Shown here piece by piece: positions 9,670 to 17,988 of a stretch of 64,000 nt of DNA (position 1 is its first letter; every line of letters begins with the position of its first letter). The DNA lies in contig CAWETU010000005.1 in NCBI GenBank assembly GCA_963812135.1, forward strand, positions 128,001-192,000, read 5' to 3'. The stretch is from Vulcanimicrobiota bacterium. GTDB taxonomy: Bacteria; Vulcanimicrobiota; Vulcanimicrobiia; Eremiobacterales; Eremiobacteraceae. A program made the position numbers and the translations under genes. The notes below the pieces were generated by a model. That model did no database searches and had not been told where the DNA came from. It worked only from the letters and a program-made list of their open reading frames with translations.

Positions 9670-12136
9670 TCATGCCGGAACGGGCGCCGCGGGCGGAGCC
9701 GCAGGCGCCTTCTTCAAGCGCAGCGTCGCGCCGCTCGACGCGTCGAGCGCTCTGAGCACTTTCTCCGCCGTGATCGGCGTGGAGTGCACGCGCGCCTTGA
9801 TCGCGTCCGCGACCGCGTTCGCGATCGCCGGGATGACCGGGTTGAGCGGACCTTGCCCCGCTTCCTTGGCGCCGAACGGGCCCTCGCGATCGTCGGTCTC
9901 GATGATGATGGCTTCGATGGGCGGCGTGTCGAGGCTGGTCAGCGTCTTGTAGTCGAGCAGATTCGGGATCTTGTGCTCGCCGGCGCGGAACGGCCACTCT
10001 TCCATCAGCGCCTCGCCCAAGCCCATGTAGACGCCGCCTTCGATCTGGCCTTCGACGGAGTCAGCGTTGATGCAGCGGCCGACATCGTGGGCGAGCGTGA
10101 TCTTCTCCACCTTGATCTCGCCCGTTTCGAGGTCGATGTCGACCTCGGCGACCGCAACGCTGTACGAATATGCGGGAGATGGTCCGACGCCCGAGCCCTT
10201 GTATCCAGCCGCAAGCTTGGGCGCCCAATAGGAGCCCACGCCGACGATCGTGCCGGACTTCGCCTCGGCGAGCTGCGCCGCGTCGATGAAGGTCAGCTCG
10301 CGCGTCGGGTCATCGAGATCGAACACGCGCCGGTTCGCAAAACCGATGCGTTCGCACTTGACCGCAAGTTTTTCCGCCGCCACCTGCGCGATCAGCGCGC
10401 GGACCTTGCCCGCGGCTTCGCGCGCCGCGTTGCCGGCCATGAAAGTCACGCGGCTCGAATACGACCCGAGGTCGACCGGCGTGAGGTCGGTGTCGCCGTA
10501 CACCACGCGGACATCCATCACGTCGACGCCGAGCGTCTCTGCCGTGATGGCCGCCAGCATGTGCGTCGATCCCTGGCCGCAATCACTGGTGCCGGCGAAG
10601 ATCGTGACGCCGCCGCCGCGATCCACTTTGACGATCGCGCCGGATTGCGGCATGTCGTTCCAATAGATGGGTAACCCAGCGCCGCAGAGGTACGCGCTTG
10701 CTGCTATGCCGATGCCCTTGCCGCGCGCCATCTTGCCGCGTTTTTCTTTGTAGTTCGTACGCAGCGTCGCTGCATCGATGCACTCGCGCAATCCACACGA
10801 CGTGACGCGCAGGCCGTTAACCGTGGTCGAGTTCGGATCGACGGCGATGCGTTTGCGATACTCGGCCGCGTCGATGCCCAACGCGTCCGCGATCTTGTCG
10901 AGCTGATTCTCCAGCGCGAAGCGCGGCTGCGTCGTGCCATGCCCGCGCTTGGGTCCGCACGGCGGCTTATTCGTGAACACGCGGCAACCGTCGAACTTGT
11001 ACGCCGGCACTTTGTAGGTCACGGTCGTGAGCGCGCCCGTGTAGTACGTCGTCGCGACGCCATACGACCCGTACGCGCCGCCATCGAGCCACGACTGCAG
11101 GTGGATCGCGGTGATCGTACCGTCGTTTTTGACGCCGGTCTTCAATTTGAAGCGCACCGGATGGCGGCCGCGGTGTGCGTAGAACACCTCTTGGCGCGTG
11201 AGCGCGATCTTGACCGGCCGTCCGGTGCGGCGAGCGAGGAACGCCGCGGCCAGTTCGTGCGCGAACGGCTCGGTCTTGCCGCCGAAGCCCGCCGCCCACC
11301 GGCGGCGCGATGATGCGTACCTGGCTGCCGGGCATGCCCAGCACTGCGCACGCGATGCGATGCAGATAGTGCGGCGTCTGCGTCGAGCACCAGATCGTGA
11401 GCTTGCCGTCGCCGCCGTACTGCGCCACCACGGCGTGCTGCTCGATCGGCGCGTGCGTGTTGCCCTCGAAGAAATACTCATCTTCAAAGATGCGATCCGC
11501 TTGCGCGAAGCCCGCATCGACCTCGCCGAACTCCAAGTGCGCTTCCTTGTGCACGTTGTTCGTGCGCCGTGGATTCTCGTGGATCTGCGGCAGGTCGTCG
11601 CGCAGCGCTTGGTCGATCGTGCCGATCGTCGGTAGCGGTTCGTACTCGACGTCGATCAGCTCGACCGCCTCTTCTGCCGTCAGCTCGTCGTCGGCCACGA
11701 TGCAGGCGATGGGATCGCCGACGTAGCGGACTTTGTCGAGCGCCATGACCATCTCGTCGGGGCTAGACGGCAAGATGCCGTAGCGCACGAGGATGTCGTT
11801 GCCGGTCGCGACCGCGACGACGCCGGGCAATTCAAGCGCGCGCGTGGCGTCGATGCGTTTGAGGCGCGCGTGCGGTACGGTGCTGCGCAGCATCTTGCCG
11901 TAGAGCATGTTCGGCAAGAAGATGTCATCCGCGAATTTGTCTTCCCCGGTGACGCGCGTGAAGCTGTCGGTCTTGGCCATCGCCTTGCCGACGACGTGAA
12001 AGCCTTCGGGTTTATCAGCCGGTGTCTGCGGCGCTCTAGAGACGACCGACGCTGCGTCGGATACAGGTGTGGGCGGCCGCGCGTCCCCGTCGGGATTTGT
12101 GGCCGTGGAGACCTTCGGAAGCTCTTCTTCTTTCAT
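9670..12136 (-). pseudogene. Xanthine-dehydrogenase-family molybdopterin subunit (HcrA-like) with a 1-nt-insertion frameshift (real or sequencing error)
   Basis: The N-half (to IIAPPVGGG) and C-half (FGGKTEPF...) lie in different frames; extra base in the C-run at 11288-11290; KRGHG, GQGS, YSSRVT and GQIEGG motifs present. Confidence 0.85.
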
Positions 12137-12615
12137 CTCGACCGCGTGGAAGCGAGTTGGATCGCTTCGATGATCTTCGTGTAGCCGGTGCAACGGCAGA
12201 GATTTCCGGCGATCGCCTCGCGGATGTCTTGCTCGGTCAGATCGTGACGCTGCTCGACAAGCGCGGCGCCGGTCATGAGAAAACCAGGCGTGCAGTAGCC
12301 GCATTGCGCCGCACCGCACTCGGCAAACGCCTGCTGGATCGGATGCAGCCGGCCGTCCTTGGCCAGGCCCTCGACCGTGCGGATCGCGTGGTCTTCCATC
12401 TCAACGGCAAGCACGAGACACGAGAGCACCGGCCGTTCGTCCACCAACACGCAGCATGCGCCGCAGTGGCCCATCTCGCAGCCGTGTTTGGTGCCGGTCA
12501 ACCCGAGATCTTCACGCAACACTTCGAGCAGCGTCTTATTCGGGTGGAAGGCGACTTCTATTGGTGCGCCGTTGACGGTGAGCGTGGTCAGCACTTTTGC
12601 TGGTGCGACGGTCAT
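12133..12615 (-). CDS. (2Fe-2S)-binding small subunit (HcrC/CoxS-like)
   Basis: GTKHGCEMGHCGAC, QCGYCTPG, GNLCRCTGY; ATGA overlap with the large-subunit gene. Confidence 0.92.
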   Translation of the reverse strand: MTVAPAKVLTTLTVNGAPIEVAFHPNKTLLEVLREDLGLTGTKHGCEMGHCGACCVLVDERPVLSCLVLAVEMEDHAIRTVEGLAKDGRLHPIQQAFAECGAAQCGYCTPGFLMTGAALVEQRHDLTEQDIREAIAGNLCRCTGYTKIIEAIQLASTRSR

Positions 12616-12952
12616 TGTATCGAGTAGTGCTCCGTTCCGTGGGCCGAACGACCGTTCAGCCTGCAAGCTATACGTTACCTCAAAATCGGGTGCGACGTCA
12701 ACGCGAGAGGCGGTCGAAATGAGGTCTGACCTTCGATCGCGTCGCTCGCATTCGAAGCCCGCACTCAACAAGCAATCGTTCTCGATATCGCGCCGAATGC
12801 GTCGTAAACTCGCTCACGCACCCTTTCTGTGCTGTTTCTGAGGTGCAAAGGGCTTTGCAGAAAAGACGGAGCACATGAGTGTGAGCCATCCATGGCGCCC
12901 GCGCAAATGGCGATCGGCCAACAGGGTGTCGCGACCGTTTTGGAGGACCCGT

Positions 12953-13894
12953 ATGAATCGTATTGAGCTTGTGGCGTATTGTGCTGCAGGTGTCGGAATC
13001 GCTATCTCACTGGCATCGTGCAGTTCCAAAAGCACGTCGCCGGTCACGCCCACGCCGGTTCCCTTGACGCACATGTATCTGAGCTTGGATTCGTCGCCTG
13101 GCGGATCGATCCAGATCTACAGCGCGCCTGTGACCTCCGCGAGCACGCCGACCGGAACGATCACGCCGCTCGCTGGACCAGCCGAATTGTTCGTGGACAA
13201 CGCCGGCCGGTTGTTCGTGCCACTGCAAGGATTAGGCACCGGCACGACCGTCGGCGTATTCGCCTCCCCGATCACCGCATCCAGCGTTCCCGCGTATCTG
13301 CTGACGACATCGCACCCGAATCCCGAAGACACGACAGAGGACTCGGCGGGTAACGTCTATGTCGGCGAAATCCAGACCAATTGCTGCATCGACGTCTACA
13401 CGGGACCCGTGACGGGCGCCGCATCTCCCTCGTACACAATCAACTCGAACGGCGTCGTTACGAACCCGCTCAGCGATCCGTACGGTATGTCGTTCGATGG
13501 GAGCGGCAACTTGTACGTATCCAGCTCGACGTCGATCATCAAGTATACGCCTCCCTTCCCCAGCACGAGCGTGCCGGCCGCCAACGTGACCCCGAACCAG
13601 GACAACTACGGACTGCTCGTCGATGCGAGCAACCGCGTGTTCGTGGCCGATGCGACCGTTGATGGCACGATCGACGTGTTCGTACAGCCCTTCCAGAACG
13701 GCAGCGCGCGCTCGTTCGGCATCAACGTCTCAATCAAGTACATCCAAGGTATGGCCTTCGACGGTTCCGGTAATCTTTGGTGTACTGATGGAAACGGAGC
13801 GATATGGGAGATCGCCGCGCCGATCAGCTCGACGAGCACCGCGACAAAGATCCTCACGGTGGTGGGCGCGTACGGCATCGCGTTCGGCCCGTAA
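12953..13894 (+). CDS. Lipoprotein with NHL/SMP-30-like beta-propeller repeats
   Basis: GGAGG RBS; lipobox LASC; repeats of the type PYGMSFDGSGNLYV and GMAFDGSGNLW. Confidence 0.75.
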   Translation: MNRIELVAYCAAGVGIAISLASCSSKSTSPVTPTPVPLTHMYLSLDSSPGGSIQIYSAPVTSASTPTGTITPLAGPAELFVDNAGRLFVPLQGLGTGTTVGVFASPITASSVPAYLLTTSHPNPEDTTEDSAGNVYVGEIQTNCCIDVYTGPVTGAASPSYTINSNGVVTNPLSDPYGMSFDGSGNLYVSSSTSIIKYTPPFPSTSVPAANVTPNQDNYGLLVDASNRVFVADATVDGTIDVFVQPFQNGSARSFGINVSIKYIQGMAFDGSGNLWCTDGNGAIWEIAAPISSTSTATKILTVVGAYGIAFGP

Positions 13895-13925
13895 CCAGCT
13901 AACACCACACCTGCTACAAGGCGAA

Positions 13926-13954
13926 GGGGCGCACGCGAATATCGTGTGCGCTCC
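13926..13954. terminator. Hairpin between convergent genes
   Basis: GGGGCGCACGCGA-ATA-TCGTGTGCGCTCC stem-loop; no clear U-tract. Confidence 0.4.
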
Positions 13955-13996
13955 TGGTCTATGCGGCAAACATCCGAGCCACAAGAGATAGGTACG

Positions 13997-14362
13997 CTAA
14001 TGCGGCGTTTCTCTTCGGCTACTGAGCGCCCGCGCCACGACCACGCTCTCCAGAGCGACGCCGGCGCCGAGGATGATGATCGCTATTTCCAAGATTTTTG
14101 AGATCGGCCCGTGGCGATACTCGGGACCCGCGAGCAGCAGATCGTGCCCGTGGACGAACACGGCGCCGATGCACCATACCGCGCCGGTGATGCCGAGCAA
14201 CACCGGTCCGGCTTGGTGCCCGCGCATCACCAGCGCGATGCCCGCGATCTGAAGCGCGTACGCTGCCAGGAGAAGCACGACCGCTAGTGCTTGCGGCGCG
14301 CCGAACCCCAGCAAGTCGCCATAATGGAAATCCTCAAGCACGTGCGGCATGCTGACGATCAT
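13997..14362 (-). CDS. Hypothetical membrane protein
   Basis: Three to four TM segments; HVLEDF motif; start uncertain. Confidence 0.6.
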   Translation of the reverse strand: MIVSMPHVLEDFHYGDLLGFGAPQALAVVLLLAAYALQIAGIALVMRGHQAGPVLLGITGAVWCIGAVFVHGHDLLLAGPEYRHGPISKILEIAIIILGAGVALESVVVARALSSRRETPH

Positions 14363-14387
14363 CAGCGCCGCGGTCAGCGCTATGAGT

Positions 14388-14672
14388 CTAGTTGACGTAG
14401 CGGTCGATGAAGAAGTCCGCGTAATAGTCTTCCCAGCGAGCGCCCGGCGCGTACGTCTGCAGCTCTTTGTCCGCCGTCACGAGCAGATAGATGAGATCGC
14501 TCTTGAGGATCGAGGCGTTCAGCATCTTGTCGAAACCTTGCTCGAGCAGCCGTCCAGCGTACCAGATCGACCAGTCGGGGTCGACGCCGTCGGTCGCCTT
14601 GTAGGCGACGTGGTGGTCTTCTGACGTTTGATGGAAGAGCGTGGCGAGCTTCGCCGCTAGATCGTCGCTCAT
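14388..14672 (-). CDS. Hypothetical protein
   Basis: [24 protein letters not shown]-coupled to msrB. Confidence 0.7.
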   Translation of the reverse strand: MSDDLAAKLATLFHQTSEDHHVAYKATDGVDPDWSIWYAGRLLEQGFDKMLNASILKSDLIYLLVTADKELQTYAPGARWEDYYADFFIDRYVN

Positions 14673-15157
14673 GACTTGGGCACGAACTTCAAGGCGACGC
14701 CATTCATGCAGTAGCGCAGTCCGGTCGGCTTGGGTCCGTCATCGAAGACGTGGCCGAGATGGCCGCCGCAACGCCGGCAATGCACCTCGGTGCGAACCTC
14801 GAAGAACGACGTGTCGCGCGTGGTGCCGATCGCGTTGGCGAGCGGCGCCCAAAAACTCGGCCAGCCGGTGCCGCTGTCGAACTTCGTCGTCGACGAGAAC
14901 AGCGGCAGCGCGCAGCCGGCACAGTCGTAGATCCCCGTTCGTGTTTCGTGGTCGAGTGGACTTGAAAAGGCGATTTCAGTGCCTTCTTCTCGTAATACAT
15001 AATATTGCTCGGGCGTCAGGCGCTGCTTCCACTCTTCCGGTGTGTACGAGACCTCAAACTGCTGTTGGGTCGCAGCCGACGCGCGCCGCCCCCAGACGCC
15101 CGCCACGCCTGCCGCGAAAAGACCGAGCGCACCCGCCAAAAGACCTCGCCGCGTCAT
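14669..15157 (-). CDS. msrB: Peptide-methionine (R)-S-oxide reductase with a Tat signal
   Basis: [27 protein letters not shown], two CxxC; N-terminal [14 protein letters not shown]. Confidence 0.95.
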   Translation of the reverse strand: MTRRGLLAGALGLFAAGVAGVWGRRASAATQQQFEVSYTPEEWKQRLTPEQYYVLREEGTEIAFSSPLDHETRTGIYDCAGCALPLFSSTTKFDSGTGWPSFWAPLANAIGTTRDTSFFEVRTEVHCRRCGGHLGHVFDDGPKPTGLRYCMNGVALKFVPKS

Positions 15158-15275
15158 TTTATGCTCCTTATCACACGGTTCCTGATGGAGAATACGTTGT
15201 CCCGGCACATATCGGATGCACACCCTGTCCCAACACTAGGGGTAGCCACCTAACCATACTAGAACACTTACGTTC

Positions 15276-16130
15276 ATGCACTTCAAGCGTTTCAGCTGGG
15301 GCGTCGCGTTAGGGCTCCTGCTCATCCACCTAATCGCCGCAGCGGCGTTCCTTCCGATCTTCTTCTCCTGGAGCGGCGTGGCGGTTGCGCTTGTTTTGTG
15401 GTGGATGACCGGTGCCTTCGGCATCGCGTTGTGCTTCCACCGGACGCTCACGCATCGCAGCCTCACCATGCCGCGCTGGCTTGAGTACACATCGGCGTTC
15501 TTCGGCACGCTTTCGCTGCAGGGCGGTCCCATCGAGTGGGTCGCCACACATCGCCTGCATCACGCACACGCTGATGACGAGGGCGACCCGCACGACGCGC
15601 ACCGCGGTTTGATCTGGACGCACATCGATTGGCTGTACAAGCCTAACGATGCACGGCCCAACGTCGACGAGCAGCAACGGTACGCCGCCGACCTGGTCGC
15701 GCAGCCGTACTATCGATTCTTGCAGAAATACCAGCTGCTGCTGCAGATCGCCCTCGGGTTGGCCTTGTTCGCGGTGGGCGGTCTCTCGTGGGTCGTCTGG
15801 GGGATCTTCTTCCGCCTGGTGTTCGTCTACCACATCACGTGGTTCGTCAACAGCGCCGCACACAAGTACGGGTACCGCACGTTCAAGACCGACGACCTCT
15901 CGACGAATTGCTGGTGGGTCGCGATCATGACGTGGGGAGAAGGGTGGCACAACAACCATCACGCATTCCCGTTCTCAGCTCGCCATGGCCTACGCTGGTT
16001 TGAATTCGATCCGACCTGGATACAGATCAGAGTGCTCAAGGCGCTGCGGCTTGTCCGAGACATCAAGCTGCCGACGCCGGCCATGGTGGAACGGCTGACT
16101 GCGCAGCCGAGGCCGCTCCAAAACAGCTAA
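15276..16130 (+). CDS. Delta-9-type fatty acid (acyl-lipid/CoA) desaturase
   Basis: His boxes HRTLTH, HRLHH, GEGWHNNHH. Confidence 0.92.
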   Translation: MHFKRFSWGVALGLLLIHLIAAAAFLPIFFSWSGVAVALVLWWMTGAFGIALCFHRTLTHRSLTMPRWLEYTSAFFGTLSLQGGPIEWVATHRLHHAHADDEGDPHDAHRGLIWTHIDWLYKPNDARPNVDEQQRYAADLVAQPYYRFLQKYQLLLQIALGLALFAVGGLSWVVWGIFFRLVFVYHITWFVNSAAHKYGYRTFKTDDLSTNCWWVAIMTWGEGWHNNHHAFPFSARHGLRWFEFDPTWIQIRVLKALRLVRDIKLPTPAMVERLTAQPRPLQNS

Positions 16131-16162
16131 CACCTCCATCGGCGGCGCGGAGCGTCTGATCC

Positions 16163-17506
16163 GTGGCCCGCAACGATCTACGACCGCAAGCGGCAGCGCC
16201 GCCGCCCGACGCGCTGCCCGGCACTTTCGCTGCACGCGCTATCATGGAACGGCTGTTCGCCGGCGTGCGCGCGCCGATCGCAGTACGCCTTGCCGACGGC
16301 ACCTCACTGCACGCCCCCGCCGGCCCCGCTGACACCACCGTCGTCATCCGCCACCCGGGCGTCATCCGCTCGCTCTTGACGCGCACGTCCGATCTCGCAG
16401 CGGGCGAGTCTGTGGCGCGCGGAGAGATCGATGTCCTCGGTGACGCCGAAGGCGCGTTCGCCGCCTTTGACGAGGTCGCGCGCGTGCGCAGCGCCGCCGA
16501 CTGGGCTTCGATTCTCCCCGCCGCTGCCAGGTTGCCCGCACCGCCGGCGTCTGCGGCGCCGGAGCGCTCGCGCGGACCCGCTCGGCTCCGCGGCCGGCTG
16601 CATTCGCTCGACCGTGACCGCGCCGCGATCGCCTATCATTATGATGTGTCGAACGAGTTCTATGCGTTGTGGCTCGATGGCGACCTGACGTATTCATGCG
16701 CGTATTTCCGCGACGCGTCCGAGACGCTCGATGAGGCGCAACGCAACAAATACGAGCATATCTGCCGCAAGTTGCGTTTGTCGCCGGGGGAACGCCTACT
16801 CGACATCGGCTGCGGCTGGGGCGGCCTCGTGCGCTACGCGGCTCGCGAGCGCGGCGCGATCGCGGTCGGCATCACGCTGAGCCCGAAGCAGGCGGAGTAC
16901 GCGCGCGCGCGTATCGCCGCCGAAGGCGTGGCAGAACGATGCCGCATCGAGCTCGTCGACTACCGCGAGATGGCGCCGCTCGGCGCGTTTGACAAAGCGG
17001 TGAGCGTCGGGATGGTTGAACACGTCGGTGACGCGCTCTTGCCCCTCTACTTCGATGCGGTCGCAAGTACCCTCAAGCCGGGCGGTCTGTTCCTCAATCA
17101 TGGCATCGTGACGCAAAAGCCGAAGCGGCGCGGTCTCGGCGCCCGCTTCTTCCCGCACGGCTCGAAGTTCATCGAGAGATACGTCTTCCCTGACGGCGAG
17201 TTGCCTCACTTGTCGGCGATGAGCGAAGCCGCATTGGAAAGCGGCTTCGAAGTACGCGACGTCGAGAATCTGCGCGAGCATTACGCGTTGACGCTGCGCT
17301 GCTGGGTCGGCGGTCTTGAGTCGAACGAAGCGCGCGCTCGCGAGCTGGTCGGTGATGAGACCTACAACGTCTGGCGTTTCTACATGGCAGGGTCCGCGCA
17401 CGGCTTCGCCACCGGCCGCCAGGGCCTGGTCCAAATGTTGCTCGCCAAACCGATGCTGGACGGACGCGCGGCGGTGCCGCTCACGCGCGCCGACCTGTAC
17501 GCGTAG
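16163..17506 (+). CDS. cfa: Cyclopropane-fatty-acyl-phospholipid synthase family methyltransferase
   Basis: IAYHYDVSNEFY, YSCAYF, LDIGCGWG, SVGMVEHVG, YVFPDG, HYALTL. Confidence 0.88.
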   Translation: MARNDLRPQAAAPPPDALPGTFAARAIMERLFAGVRAPIAVRLADGTSLHAPAGPADTTVVIRHPGVIRSLLTRTSDLAAGESVARGEIDVLGDAEGAFAAFDEVARVRSAADWASILPAAARLPAPPASAAPERSRGPARLRGRLHSLDRDRAAIAYHYDVSNEFYALWLDGDLTYSCAYFRDASETLDEAQRNKYEHICRKLRLSPGERLLDIGCGWGGLVRYAARERGAIAVGITLSPKQAEYARARIAAEGVAERCRIELVDYREMAPLGAFDKAVSVGMVEHVGDALLPLYFDAVASTLKPGGLFLNHGIVTQKPKRRGLGARFFPHGSKFIERYVFPDGELPHLSAMSEAALESGFEVRDVENLREHYALTLRCWVGGLESNEARARELVGDETYNVWRFYMAGSAHGFATGRQGLVQMLLAKPMLDGRAAVPLTRADLYA

Positions 17507-17541
17507 GAGCGGCGGCGCGTTCGTTTGAATGCGCCCCGCAT

Positions 17542-17988
17542 ATGGTCATCGAGCGATCCTTTCACATCGCGGCACCGCCCGACGCGGTGTGGGCGTTGCT
17601 CAAAGACGTGCCGCGCCTGTTGCCGCACATCCCCGGCGCGCAGTTGATCGAAAGCATGAGCAACGGCGCGCACACCGCCGGCGTCACGCTGCATCGCGGT
17701 CCGCTGCAGGGCACCTACGATCTCGGCGTCACTGTCCAATCACTCGACGATCAGGCACGCACTGTGGTCGTGCGCATCACGGCGGCAGACGTCGCGGGTC
17801 GCGGCAGCGTTGACGCGACGGTCACGGTCGGCGTCCAGCCCGCTCCGGCGGGCTGCGAGATCTCGTTGCGCGCGGATCTCCAAGGCAGCGGTGTCACTGC
17901 GGACTTGGGCAATGGTCTTGCGAACGCGGCCGCGCCGGACTCGGCGAATGCCTTCGTCGCGAATCTCGAGCGGACGCTAGGCCGCTAG
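17542..17988 (+). CDS. SRPBCC/CoxG-like protein
   Basis: IAAPPDAVWALLKD....IPGA N-terminal motif. Confidence 0.75.
   Translation: MVIERSFHIAAPPDAVWALLKDVPRLLPHIPGAQLIESMSNGAHTAGVTLHRGPLQGTYDLGVTVQSLDDQARTVVVRITAADVAGRGSVDATVTVGVQPAPAGCEISLRADLQGSGVTADLGNGLANAAAPDSANAFVANLERTLGR

Noticed and set aside
17542..17988. CoxG as evidence of aerobic CO dehydrogenase
   Set aside because: The Mo subunit lacks the AYxCSFR/AYRGAGR motifs (it has KRGHG), and the SRPBCC gene is linked to lipid genes.
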